The notes beneath the pieces are model-generated. The model worked only from the letters and a program-made list of their open reading frames with translations, made no database searches and was not told where the DNA came from. The translations under genes and the position numbers were made by a program. From positions 45,446,001 to 45,510,000 of the forward strand of contig OZ024749.1 of NCBI GenBank assembly GCA_964016885.1: a stretch of DNA of 64,000 nucleotides, in the 5' to 3' direction. Of this stretch, positions 27,554-43,516 are shown in pieces. Position 1 is the first letter of the stretch; every line of letters starts with the position of its first letter. The stretch is from Eledone cirrhosa (Eukaryota).

Positions 27554-27742
27554 AATAAACGTAATGAAGTAGTAACCACTCGTCCTTGTTTTATTTTACT
27601 AAAATACATTCTGTTTTGCTCTACACCTCGACACTAAAGATGGACCTAAACTTTGAGTGCTCAACCGGGTGAACCTACAGTAACTCCAAGTTACACTCCC
27701 TGGATATATATATACACATGTATATATATACATATGAATATA

Positions 27743-27931
<189 letters not shown>

Positions 27932-27940
27932 CATACACAT

Positions 27941-27975
<35 letters not shown>

Positions 27976-28019
27976 AATATATATATATATAAATATGTGT
28001 GTGTATATATATATGTATG

Positions 28020-28147
<128 letters not shown>

Positions 28148-28379
28148 CATAGTTATTTGGTAATATATGTGTAAATTATCCATTTCCATCAAAGCTAACT
28201 TGAATGATGTAAATGCAATAAGGTGACTGCCATACACATCAAAACTACTTGATTCTAAAGATATAGTCACGGAGATCTTGAAATGTTATGACAGGTATTT
28301 ACTACCTCAGACAAACTGTAAATAATTCCAACAAAATTGTGATAAACAGCATTTGAAAAATGATATCATTAGAACCCAT

Positions 28380-28553
28380 CAGTATCGGTAGAGGGTCGGA
28401 TGCCATGCTTTCCAGCATAGTTACGTCCCTTTACGATCTGAGTTCAAATCCCGCTGAGGATGACTTTGCCTTTTATCCTTACGGAGTCGATAAAATAAAG
28501 TACCAGTAATGCACTGGGTATTTGCTAGCCTTGTGCCTAAAGTAGAAACAATT
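28380..28553 (+). mobile_element. tRNA-SINE family A
   Basis: cagtatcggtagagggtcgg...gagttcaaatcccgc...agtagaaacaatt. Confidence 0.9.
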
Positions 28554-28683
28554 ATAAATTCTTTTATAAATTCATCATACACAAACACGCACGCACATAC
28601 ATATATCTATACACGTGCATACATACATACATACATACATACATACATACATACATACATACATACATACATACATACATACA

Positions 28684-29001
28684 GAAAGAGCACATCTACG
28701 GACAATTGCTGAGGAGTTTGCATAGCCAGTATCCAAGTTACAAGTTCAGCTTCATACCCATCATTATTGGAGCTACAGGTTATATACCAACGCACTTGGA
28801 CCATAGTTTGACTGGACTTGGATTTGTGGACATAGAGCGCAGCTCCCCAATTCATAGACTACAAATGGCTGCGATAGTTGGCACCTTCAAAATTTGCAAC
28901 ATATTTCTGAGATCCAAGAGATGACATTTTCTTTTCTATTACAGCCTTGCAACCAGGAAGGGGGCCACTCAAAAATGTACTCGAAATTAAGGAAATTGAA
29001 A
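28684..29001 (+). mobile_element. R4/Dong-like non-LTR retrotransposon, short 5'-truncated copy
   Basis: KEHIYGQLLRSLHSQYPSYKFSFIPIIIGATGYIP...GTFKICNIFLRSKR* plus 3' UTR; paralogous to the 3' part of 29044-29785; flanked by (TACA)n. Confidence 0.85.
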
Positions 29002-29043
29002 CATACATACATGCACACATACATATATATATACGTATATCCC

Positions 29044-29785
29044 TATGCAATACATGAACAAGAAATCCCTACCAAATATCTGCTGCACAAAAGGGGAGGG
29101 CCATCAGCTGACAATAAATGTAGGCTATGTAAAACAAAGATCGAGGATGTAAGCCACATTGTTGTGCCAGCTGCGAAAGAATGTCATCTCGCTACTACCC
29201 CCCCCCCCCCCCCCCACATGTGACACGATGGGATTGCTAGAACCATCTGGAACGCTCTTCGGAAAACAAAATTAACAACAAACGAGGAAGAATATATTGA
29301 GACAGATGGCACTAAGGAATACTGGTGGAACCTGAAAATAAAAACTGCCACCAAATTAAAGCACAACCGGCCTGATATTTTTGTTTGGGACCACACATTG
29401 AAAACGTGTTCTGTTGTGGAGATCAGCTGCCCACTTGATGTAAACGTTGTCAGAAAAATACAGGAGAAGGAGGTCATCTACGGACCATTGATGAAGAGTT
29501 TGCAAATCCAGTATCCAAGATACACCTTTAGCTTCATACCCATCATTATTGGAGCTACGGGTTATATACCAACCCGTTTGGACCAAAGTATGATTGAACT
29601 TGGATTTGCGGACAAAGAGGCAGCTCCCTAATTCATAGTCTACACATGGCTGCGATAGCTGGCACCTTCACAATTTGCAAAACATTCTTGCGATTCAAGA
29701 GATGACAATTTCTTTTCTTTTACAACCTTGCCACCAGGAAGGTGGACGGTCAAAAAAATATACTCGAAATTAAGAGAAAGAGATA
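29044..29785 (+). mobile_element. R4/Dong-like non-LTR retrotransposon 3' remnant (CCHC knuckle + RLE endonuclease)
   Basis: AIHEQEIPTKY...CRLCKTKIEDVSHIV/ASC...*HDGIA...YWWNLKIKTATKLKHNRPDIFVWD...VVEISCPLD...EKEVIY; frameshifts and stops; terminal stop at 29703-29705. Confidence 0.9.
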
Positions 29786-30363
29786 ACATACATATATATA
29801 TATATCCATCCATACATACAGACAGAAGACAGACAGAGATATATACATACATATATATATACTTACAGGCAGACATATAAACATACATATATACATACAT
29901 ACACACATACAAGCACACATACATGGATGCATGCATACAAATTTTCACATAATCATACATACTGTCATACATACATATTCGTAAGTAATAAGTGTATAGC
30001 TACACACAAGATATGGAAGCCCTTATGAAAATCAGAGAACGGTACCTTTCCAATTGATTTAAATAAATTAATAAGAAGGGACATAGACATTGAACACCAA
30101 CCAATTTGAAAAATTGTGTCATATAATTGTCTTTTATGTGTATTTTCGTTTTATGAAATTATATTTATGAAACGACTACAACATTTGTATTGCGCTATTT
30201 TTATTAGATAAATTGACTGAAGACGCTGTTTTATTGAAACGTAGCCAATATGTTTAAAATATATAACCTCTGACTTGACTGTTTCGAAACAAGACACATG
30301 AATGCATTTAAATTAGCTACCTAGAGAAATATAAATTATATATATATATATGTATATATATAC

Positions 30364-30422
<59 letters not shown>

Positions 30423-30487
30423 TATAATATATATATTTAAAACTGGAGCCTTCTTCGGATTTTAGTTTTCAAATTTATTATTATTAC

Positions 30488-30560
<73 letters not shown>

Positions 30561-30561
30561 A

Positions 30562-30814
30562 CAGGAGCGGTGAAAGGATTTCTGAATTGGTGGGGGACAA
30601 ATTTGGTGAAATAATTTTAGTGATTAGTTTATCAAATGTCAACCAAATATTAAAAAAAAACAAAGATGTGCGATGAACATTACATGTACATCAATTGAAG
30701 ACCATATACAAATAGTTGTGTTTTTTTGTAGTTTGGGGAGAAATATATAATTAGTGTGTGTGTGAAGTGGATCATGTCACTCCCTACCCAATCCCCCCAG
30801 TTTCACCGGCCCTT
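30562..30814. mobile_element. Probable MITE
   Basis: caggagcggtgaaa...ggggac and gtc.ctccc...tttcaccggccct imperfect inverted ends. Confidence 0.5.
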
Positions 30815-30894
30815 ATATTTATGTATATATATGTGTGTGTGTGAATATAATGTGCCTGTGTTTTTATGTATGTATATGTAAGTACAGTTACACG

Positions 30895-31002
<108 letters not shown>

Positions 31003-31229
31003 AAGCAACAACTATATCATTAGTGTGTTACATATATATATATCTCAGAGAGCAAGGCTAAAGTTCAAAGGGGGCAACATGAAGAAGGAATTTTAATAAA
31101 TATATTCACTGTATATATTTATTACTAGGAATTATTGAACTGCATACACAATATTCGTGTCACTATCCTATCGAGCAATAGCCAACTTGTAACCTACTCA
31201 AAAGGCATATATATATATATATATATATA

Positions 31230-31426
31230 TATCGTGGATCAGCAGAAAGGTTCATACGCAGAAAATGTAATAGGCTGACTAGAATACTCTCATGGTATGT
31301 GCAAATGAGATTTATTTCTCAACATACTCCCTGGAAAGTACACTTGCAGATATTAAGAAGTGGAGTGAAAATTAATGCATGCAAGATTTCATAGTCAGCC
31401 TATGAAACATTCAAACGACCCTCGTA
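31230..31426. mobile_element. Degenerate mariner-like MITE (same family as 648-849)
   Basis: Shares ataggctgac..actctcatg..tttatt..tcaacata and tcatagtcagcctatga...cctcgta. Confidence 0.6.
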
Positions 31427-31636
31427 TGTCTGTCTATATGTATCTGTATATATATATATATATAGAAGAAAACAGGTAGAAAGAGACGATTATTAGGAAG
31501 AAAACTTTTTTTTTTTCTTTTTTATTTCTCTCTCTCTTTTTTCTGGGTTAGAAAATGATTAAAACGAAATGTTTTACTTTGTGTGTCGTGTTAAGGTATT
31601 TGATTTATTTATATTTATATTTATTGATATTTATAT

Positions 31637-31867
31637 TAGTAATAATAAATGTGAAGGGTAAAATCCAAAGAGGGCTCGATAAGGATGAATATATATCAAA
31701 TATATAAGAACGCTAGAGCAAATACTTATTAAAATAACAGATTAAATGTTAAGCAAAGAATCGCTGTCTTCACGCTTAAAGGGATATTTTGAACCTAAAA
31801 ACTTTAGCTCACGTTATGGGTGAAAGCAGCGAATCTTTTCTTAAACTTTAATCTGTTATTTTTAATA
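31637..31867 (+). mobile_element. Family P4 element with inverted duplication of its 3' end
   Basis: Arms 31727-31779 and 31814-31867; homologous to 46811-47155. Confidence 0.8.
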
Positions 31868-32685
31868 TATATATATGTGTGTGTGTGTGTTTGTGTCGGT
31901 ATGTGTATCAGCGTCTCTGTACAAGTGTGTGTTTTGAAAATGAAACGGCTAGACAACACACGACAATGATACAGTACAATGAAGAGATATCTCATTTTAA
32001 AAATTGAACTATTAGGAAAAGCATAATAATATCAAGCTAGTGTTGCATTTGGGTTTTGGTTGACTTGAATGTTGTCTTATACATCATAGTATGTTTTACC
32101 CCATCTATCAGTCATGTTTTACTGTTCCTAATTAAGCTGTATATCTGCCAAACAATTTCTATATAGGCGCATAATAGGGACCTTGATACAATAATGTACT
32201 CAAGAACAATGCTCCACTTGAGCAAGTGTAGTAAACGGATAACATCTCTGAATATAGCATCTGCTTTTACGTTTTGCGAAGAAGATCTGTAATCTCGTAG
32301 TTCTAATTATTGAACAAACTAGCCGACCTTTTCTCTATGCATATAACTCGGCCTCTACAGAGATAGTCATGGCATTAGTGATAGCAAATAATATAAACGT
32401 ACACACAAAATACAGGAGAAATAAATAAATTCTAAAAACATTTAAAAAGCTTCGGCTTATAAGTCACTATAGAAATCATCATGTTTTCTTTAGAAATGTG
32501 TGTATGTATATATAAACTCAATCATATACACCACTACTCTGTGAAGATGAGTGTGGTCGAGCCAAAATTAATGCACATCTAAAATCGATGTAGACGAATT
32601 TAGACCAGAGAAATACATAAATAAACAGCTAAAGCCATAAAGACTTACATATATTCATACACACAAGAATTCCTCTCACATGTGA

Positions 32686-32735
<50 letters not shown>

Positions 32736-33360
32736 CTAAATGCACATATATATATGTGTGTGTTTAGGTCTACATATGTATACATATATAATTCATTAAT
32801 TATGTATTATTATGATATATTTAGGAATATATTTCTTCTTATATTTAAGTCCATTTCTGTCTGATAGGAATGCTCAAACGTGTTTAATGTTTCAACATTG
32901 AAGTTCGCATAAATGGTTGCGAATGAACTGGTCACAGAGATAAACATTGTTTTGCATACGTCAAAACAAATCTATTCAGCGGAACATTTATCTACCATAC
33001 ATCTCAGCATATATGGATCTTCTTTATGTCTTTCTGTTTCAGTTGTTACTAACCTTTGACCAATAAATGACCAGGCAAGTGGCTCTCGTTCAGAAATCGT
33101 CAAAAGAATATTTTGTAAAACATTTTAGAGCTATTCCTTGGAAAAGACTAATGTATTCCGAAATATTTCCCTTTATTCTACCCGTCGGTATGATGAGAGA
33201 ACTTTGGCAGGAATATCAGATATATTTGCCAAAATATGTAGTCAGACAGTAGATTTAACAAAAACTCACATATATATACACACACTCACATATTCACTCA
33301 CATATATCTATATTTACATATGTATGTATATTCGTATATGGCATATATATGCTTATATAG

Positions 33361-33407
<47 letters not shown>

Positions 33408-33496
33408 CATATATACATATATATATATATATAATATATAAGTTATTAATATATATATATCTGTGTGTGCGGGTATGTATGAGTGTATATCATGTC

Positions 33497-33612
<116 letters not shown>

Positions 33613-34172
33613 TATACTTAGCTATACAAAATATATATATATATGTGCATATATATACTTATCTATATTTGCATATATAGATTATATATACGTTCATTCA
33701 TACATATACATAAATTGCATGTCGTGTTAAACAATTCTTGACGAAGATATCTGATCAAAATTCGCTTTAACTTTCAAACAGCATATACAAAAAATGGCCG
33801 TTGGCATAATTTCGAGTGAATCTGCCATATTCAGACGTAGGGTTCAATTTAAGTCTGAACCTATATAGCTTACATACGACATAACCATTCCTACTGAGCC
33901 AGAGCGCATACATGTGTATAGAAATTATTTCTGGTTGATGAAGGCTGACTTAAATCATGTATAGATATATACTTGGTAAGTTAGGTTCGTTTGACCAATA
34001 GGTTTGCTATACCCTGAGGGGTCGAAAATCCTTAATATTTTATTTAACTAGAAATTAAAGGTCACATCACTAAGAATCACTGAATCACTTGGGGGATGTA
34101 AAAAATAATAATGTCATTTGTTTTCTTGATGCACTATGTATGTATACATATATATGTGGGTGTATATATATG

Positions 34173-34214
<42 letters not shown>

Positions 34215-34348
34215 GATAAATCTACCAAGAGTTTACGGTAGTGTCCAATCCGTATGAAGAACTCAATGTAGTCCGGATATCATGGAAAGAAGAGATGCAA
34301 TGAAAAATCACTTTCGGTGAAAGATAAACGGAATACAGAGTCAAGATA

Positions 34349-34865
<517 letters not shown>

Positions 34866-34926
34866 GAATATATCCATTCACTTTCGCATACACATACACT
34901 ATATTTATATATACATACATATTCTT

Positions 34927-34976
<50 letters not shown>

Positions 34977-35808
34977 GCACACACTCATATATATATATAT
35001 ATATATATATACATAATGGCGTAGGCATTAATGGGAAGAAACATAATACTACCACTGATGATGTCACAGACGTGTGACGAAAGAAATTTGTTAGACTATA
35101 TATATATACCTTTTCAACAGCTAGTTCCAGACATACTTTACTATTCCAGTACTATGCGAGTACTCTGTTAAATAAAATACTATCTAGTTTAACACTGATC
35201 TAAATTTTGTTAAAAACAGGAAGAATATATTTGATAATGTAGACCTAGATACAGTATATATGTAAATGAAAAGAAAGACGTTGTGATCAAAGCGGAAAGG
35301 TGTTTGATCAAGTGTCTGCTTGTTCACGACTAACATAGAGAAAAAAACAACAGCAAAGAAAAATGTCATTACCTAGCCCCATATAATTTCTACTTTAACC
35401 GTCATTAACGATTAAAAATAAAATAAAACGTAAGACAAAGACGATCAAAGAAAACATTAACGCTTAGATAAATAAATTCGTTGTGAAATCGTGAAACGAT
35501 TATGAAAGTAACCTCAGAGCATTTTTAGAGAAAAATATATAAAAATAACAAACGAACTAACTAACGTTAACCAATTTACTTACCGAACTTCTATTAAAAC
35601 CCCATAAAAGAACCTAAATCTGCGCAAATAGACGACCAAAGAAATTTCCGACGAAATGTAAACTGTCGTTGCGTCAGAAGCAATATGAAATGTAGGTCAG
35701 ATTTGAAAAGATTTAAACATATAACAACAGCAAATAAAATATAAACTAAATAAACGACCACCGCTAATAATATAGCAATAATAACAATAACAATAAGAAC
35801 AACAACAT

Positions 35809-36140
35809 TAATAATAATAATAATTTCTTTATTAGCCACGTAGGGCTCACATTAATAAAACATTAATTACGGTAGAGGTAGTACTGTGTGAGATTTGTTA
35901 TGTAAACAAGATTTTAACGAAAACCAGGAACATATGTAAACATTTAAATAAAATAAAACACCCCAATAGGGGGTATCTCGGAGGGTCCCACATGGAGAAA
36001 GCCCACAAAAAATCCACGGTCAACTTGACTACTAGCGCAAGTGGCCTCTGTCAGTTTTCTTCTTCCTGTCTCCCGGCGTATACTTAAAGCAGGCCCCTTG
36101 ACTGGAGCCACGCACGTCTCTCTCAACCACATTTCATCAA
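35809..36140 (-). mobile_element. Tx1/L1-like LINE 3' end with (TTA)n tail
   Basis: Minus strand FDEMWLRETCVAPVKGPALSI, then a UTR ending gccctacgtggctaataaaagaaa; the same terminus recurs near 36175-36200 and 39905-39928. Confidence 0.55.
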
Positions 36141-36471
36141 ACTGTATGGAAGGCAGTTTATTGAATGATAATCATTTCCTTATTAGCTACACAGGGCTGA
36201 CACCAAAGTCCATTAAATATCGTACAGGCCTACGACTAGAGAAGAAGCTACGAAGTGTTTTGTTGCTTTCTGTTTTTTTAGTAAAATGTGTTAAAAGAAA
36301 ACAAGGAATACATATGAATCAAAACAAATGAAAACTCTCGAATAGGCTGGAATCTCCCAAGGATCACTGGAGGAGAATGCCCACAGAAACCCAGAGATTC
36401 CACGAAATCTACGGAAAGCGCTATAGTTAAGTGTGCATATATGATTGTTTATTCAAAACCAGAGGTTGGGT

Positions 36472-36586
<115 letters not shown>

Positions 36587-36591
36587 ATATA

Positions 36592-36643
<52 letters not shown>

Positions 36644-36648
36644 ATATA

Positions 36649-36716
<68 letters not shown>

Positions 36717-37213
36717 TATATTAGGGGTGTGATATATCTGCAAATGCATATATTTGAATTGTTAATATCCAAACAGATATTAGGTTTCAACATTTCAAAT
36801 TATTCAAACGCCTAATCAGCACACAAATGACTTTTTTCAATCCTGGTTTGTCTGCCGAGATTATATAACACCAAAATGTGCCTGTTGACATGACAATATC
36901 CTTTTAAACAACAAATTTACACTTTTGCTTGAGAATTGATATGTTTTATAACTGAATCATACTTTTTGAAAATATATCCATTTGCCTTTGAGTGTCTAAT
37001 GAGTGATATCAGTATCGTGTCTTTCGCCAATTAATAACTAATTTAAATTTCTCTATGTATTTGTTGTGTAATTTATACCATAGAGTAAAAACATAGTACA
37101 GACTCTCACACGCATAAATAAGCACAAAAGAATAAACACAGATATACATACACACAGACATACGTACACATACAGAAACATATATGCTTTATCACACACA
37201 CGCACACACACAG

Positions 37214-37247
<34 letters not shown>

Positions 37248-38039
37248 TATATATATATATATATCTTTCTCTCAATATATTTATATAGAGAGAGAAAGAG
37301 TGAGAGAGATAGAGAGAGGAAGAGAGCGAGAGAGAGAGACGAAGAGAGAAAGGGCGCGAGAGAGCTGATGAGAGAAAGAGAGCGAGAGAGTGACAGAGAG
37401 ACGAAGAGAGAAAGAGAGCGAGAGAGAGAGAGATATATACATATATAGCAAGTGAGACATAACGTACTTGTAGAAGAACGTGAGGGGGGAGGGAAAGAAT
37501 CGAGAGGGGATTGTTGATAGGGTGAGACAGAAAGCATTTATAAAACAGAAACAGCGATAGACAAGGGAATTTAAACAATAAAAAGCATTACTATGACAAC
37601 AACAATAAATGCGAAAAAATATATAAATCACAGAAGAAAAAACATTGAAAGAAACCTAATGTATGGTAACTAACTTACTAACCCAGTGACTGACACAACA
37701 ACTATCTGTATCATTGGCTCAGAATTACTATTTACAATTGATCTAAACTATAAAAATACTTCTTAAACAAAAGACTCAACGCTATTATAACTTTGACTAA
37801 ATAATGACATTTGTAAAAAAGGCATAAAACAATGCGTGAAAGAAATTTACTCTCATACATAGAAAAAAATGAAGAAAAGAAACGTCCATATACAAAACCC
37901 ATTTACACACATATGAATGAAATATACACCACAACTTGAGTGAAATAAATAACAATGGATACTGAATAAGATCAAATATATTCTCGACTAAACTTTCCAT
38001 TCATAAAAAATAACGTAGTGAATAATTGACATATGATAC

Positions 38040-38485
38040 AGTATGTATGTATGTATGTATGTATGTATGTATGTATGTATGTATGTATGTATGTATGTAT
38101 GTATGTATGTATGTATGTATGTATGTACGTATGTGTGTATGAATGTATGTACTTATGCATGTATGTATGTTTGTACGTAAGTATGTATGTAATGTACTTA
38201 TGTATGTAAGTATGTATGTATGTTTGTATGTATGTATGTATGTACTTATGTATGTATGAATGCATGTATGTACTTATGTATGTATGTACTTATGTATGTA
38301 TATATGTATGTACTTATGCATGTATATATGTATGTACGTATGTATGTATGTATGTATGTATGCATCTTATGTATGCATGTACTTATGTGTGTATGTATGC
38401 ATGTACTTATGTATGTATGAATATATGTATGAATGTATGTACTTATGCATGTACGTATATATGTATGTACGCATGTATGTATATA
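38040..38485. repeat. (TATG)n tetranucleotide array, degenerating
   Basis: Direct reading. Confidence 0.95.
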
Positions 38486-38487
38486 CC

Positions 38488-39040
38488 CATGGTCGGGTCG
38501 TTGGCGACTAAACTGGCAACCCCACCAAGGTTTCTTGGTGAGGAGGGTGACTTTGGACATTCTGCAGGTCTAAAAACAAAACCTGTCAAAGACAAAGGAG
38601 CTCTTAAGAGTCAATGGCCATCCAAAATCACCGGGAGAGATGACCCGTAGCCTTTGTCAAGGCAGAATTCTAGGAGAAGGAAAACTCTGATATAACACCT
38701 GCAACCCTGATGGTATCCAATGATGTTGACTTGTTCTTCTTTTTGGTAAATATCATCTTGGTTAAGAGAGTGGGACTGGCTTTGTGCAGTGCCTTTGCTC
38801 ACTATAAAAGCTTCACGGCACAGGCATTGCTTTATATCTGGAGATCTCTCTGCACTTGTCGTCACATGGTACGATGGGCCCAGCACTATGTGTCAATAAT
38901 TGTCACAAGTGTAGTGTTTGTACCAGAGTTTTCACGTCGCTGTCTGGACTAAAAAGTCACACTCGTTGAGCGCATCGGTAGGGGTTCTCCTACATGGATA
39001 TAAAGTAGTGGCCGTACTCGAAAATGAGTTGGCAGGCTCC
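38488..39040 (+). mobile_element. Internally deleted RTE-like element
   Basis: 5'-UTR-like ctaggagaaggaaaactctgat motif near 38670; C-terminal C2H2 finger CSVCTRVFTSLSGLKSHTR*AH at 38910-38975; ends in TA/TATG repeats. Confidence 0.65.
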
Positions 39041-39413
39041 ATATATATATGTATGTATGCACTTATCTATGTATGTTTGTATGTAGGTACGTATGTAAGT
39101 ATGTATGTATCTAGGTACATATGTGTCTATCTATCTATATATATATCTTTTGTCGTTAAGAAAATGCGCATGCGTGTGTGTTTGTTTATATGGGTGTGCA
39201 TGCGTGTATCTGTCTGTGCGTCGATCGATGTGTGTATGTGTGTGATTGATTATAGCGGTATTGAAGAAATGATATAAGAAATATTTGCAGTTAATTAAAA
39301 TATAAGCAACCGATATATACATTTATTTTATGAATCGTGTTATGTTAATGGTATTGCTAATTGATCATAGCCAACCAATGTAAAACACCAGCAGAGGTTT
39401 CATACACACCAAA

Positions 39414-39465
39414 ATGACGATTACTGATGACGGTTACGAGTCCTGAAACACGTGTTGTTCGTTAT
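39414..39465 (+). ncRNA. Degenerate type I hammerhead motif
   Basis: AUGACGA-UUA-CUGAUGA-CGG UUACGAGU CCU-GAAAC ACGU GUU-GU-UCGUUAU; palindromic stem III, 7-bp distal stem I, proximal stem I broken. Confidence 0.55.
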
Positions 39466-39577
39466 CACACGCTTTTACATTTGGCCAGTTTTTAAAATAT
39501 CCATAGCGAGTTTTAGTTATGATTATTGCAAGCCAACGTATCGTATAAACTTCCAAACAGATCTAATATAAACATAT

Positions 39578-39767
<190 letters not shown>

Positions 39768-40303
39768 TATACTACAAAATACCATCATAGATAGATAGAC
39801 AAATATATATATATATATATATATGAACAGAGAGGGAGAGAAAGAGAGAGAGGGAGAGGAGAAAGAGAGAGCAAAAAAGTTAGATAGATAATATAGATAG
39901 ATATGTTTCTTTATTAGCCACAGAGGCACGAAAGAAGGGAACAAATACAAAGGGGGAAGTTTACATACAATAAAACGTGTAAAATACTATCACAAATGCA
40001 ATTTAAAAATTAATCGATTTTCCTCAATAGGGAGAGACATTACATATGGGTAACACATACCCCCGAACAAATGTGCAACCCTGATCTCCAGATAGATAGA
40101 TAGATGGATTATTAGATAGACATATAGATGGATAGATAGTTTTGAAGTTGTTACTATTGGTTCTCATATCATAGGGAGAAATATATTTAAATTTAATAAA
40201 AAAAATATACATTAATTATTTAAATCTCAAGATCTCAATTTCCTGAAAATTAATTAGTCAACTCATATACAAACATTGCACACACATGTTTATATTATAT
40301 ATA

Positions 40304-40369
<66 letters not shown>

Positions 40370-40445
40370 TGTGTATATATATATATGTGTAAAATGTAAC
40401 CATCAATAACAACACAATCGGTACAGTATATGGAAGGGATATATT

Positions 40446-40531
<86 letters not shown>

Positions 40532-40544
40532 ATACATACATATG

Positions 40545-40655
<111 letters not shown>

Positions 40656-41454
40656 TCATTCAGGATCTGATCTTGATTTGATGGATTATATATATATATA
40701 TATATAAGTAACGTCATACACATATTCAAAGCAGCCATTATTAATGAATTCGCAACATGATAATCTGATTTTCAATTAACCATATTCCCACTGGGGGTGC
40801 AGTGTAATTTAAATATCCCATCTTAACTCCACAGCTAGAAAGATAAACAGGAAAATTTGTCTTCTGTTTGTTTGTTCATTGGAGAGAATGAAATCACGTC
40901 GTTCGAAATTTAAACTAATATATTGGAATGTGATAAATTATCTAAAGAATAATTACACTTATATTTATTATGTTTGTTATTCTTGATATTTCTATATATA
41001 ATGATATAAGTATTTCTATCACCTGTGCAACATTTTATAGGTTATTGTTTAACTAAATGTTGAATCTGATATTAAAATCATAAGAGAGGTGATTTCGTTC
41101 CACTACGTTCACATTACTGAGGATTTCTTTCTTCATGACTAATTAATTGTAAGAGGTTAGGCTGGTATATCTATGTGGTCGAATATTAGCGTAGACATAC
41201 TGTATTGGTATAATGAAGAAATCGTATTATGATTCCAGCAAAAGCTAAGGGTGGGTAACTAATGATGATAATGAGTTCATCGTTTCTGACTCAAGTCGTT
41301 ATCAAATAAGTGCACATTATCTGCTAGATGTCACTACAGCATCGATTTCCAAATTCGTAGTTGAAAGCTTTCAAAATGTTTATTCATAAACATACAATAT
41401 ATCGCTAGAGATACAAAAATACATACTATATATATATGTTAGAGCTAACACCTT

Positions 41455-41558
<104 letters not shown>

Positions 41559-42576
41559 CATATATATTCTATGCTTCTTGAGAAAAACGCACGCAAAACG
41601 AAATTAGGATAAGCTGTTAACCTCCTCTCAAAAGTTTGAGATCAGTAATCAGACTGAACAAATCAATAAAGAAAAAATCCATCACTTCATCGCTCAACGC
41701 TCATGTGGTTACCATCAGCGTGGTCCATCTCTCAATGAATGTTATAACCAGTTACACCGGTAACTACCAACCGGTGTAAAAACGACGGAAACTAATACAA
41801 CAATAATAAGAACAAGAATAATGGGAAAAAAAGACGAATATAAATATAGTAAATATTATCAAAACAAAACGATGATAGAAAGACAGAGAATATCATCAAA
41901 AGGCAGCCATCTTTGTATATAGTGTTCATATCTCAATCATTCTTATTGTGAAGTAAAAGTTTTGATAATCTGCTGACATTTCAAACAGAGCCTAGACAGA
42001 CCGCGCTTATCTTGCCGACAACAAAAAGTTCAAAACACAGCAATAACCAAAACAAACAAAACAAAAATAACAAAACGCGATCTCACAGTCCACGATATTA
42101 TTATTACTATCATTTTTATTACAATCATTATTATTATTATTATGAATAATAACACAAGAAATAATAATATTATGGAAAAAATGATAGGAAAATATTTCCA
42201 AGAAAGAAAAAAAAAAATGTTGTATCTTTATTATCTAAAATTGACCTAGGAATATATATGATAATTTTAATTTGAAAAAACCAATATTAATATTTTATAT
42301 TTAGATAATAGTCTTAAGATATTACCGTACACACAGAGATATCCACACATATGACATATTTACAGACTCAAATTTAGACTCACACAACGAACTATATCCA
42401 GTAATATACTGATATTTCTATATATTACACGTAATTCAAAATATACAAAAATAATCCACATACTCAAACACATTTACGTTCCAACTTCGCCTGTACGTTT
42501 TAGGTACACACAGACGTATATACGTAAATATGAACATATATACTTACACACGCACACAAACACACACACACACACG

Positions 42577-42685
<109 letters not shown>

Positions 42686-42775
42686 GCACACACACAAATA
42701 TATATTTATGTGAATGTATGTGAATTTGCATGTATATACACATACATATGATTTTGTGTGTACGTGTGTCTATGC

Positions 42776-42881
<106 letters not shown>

Positions 42882-43455
42882 GTATGCATATATATATGCT
42901 TATACATACATCAGTTAATTTTATCACGTACACAAGAAGTTATGATAAGTATAACGGTGAGGAAAATTATTTTCAAGATTATAGGAATTGTGATGCTGGT
43001 GATGTAGATAGTAATTATTCATATTTATATATCTATCCCTACAAGAAACATCCCTGCTCTCTCTCTCTCTGCCTCTGCCCCCTCCCTCAATCTTTATAGG
43101 ATATATATGTATATATATATATATATGTGTGTGTATGTGTGTCTGTGTGAACACCTATATCTAGGAATTTGCCATTTATCTATGTTTGTATACATGTGTA
43201 TACAAACAATCTTTTCATACATGCATAATTTATAATCCAACACCTACTCGCCCAAATTATTATAGACGAATTTATTTTTATATAAGTATGCGTAAATCCC
43301 ATCATTATAGGTCTATTTATGCAGTAAGCACACACACGCACACACACACACACATACTTATATATGTATATATAAGTATATTATATATATATATATTTGT
43401 ATATTTGTATATATATTTATATATATATATACATATATATTTGTATATATATATA

Positions 43456-43516
<61 letters not shown>

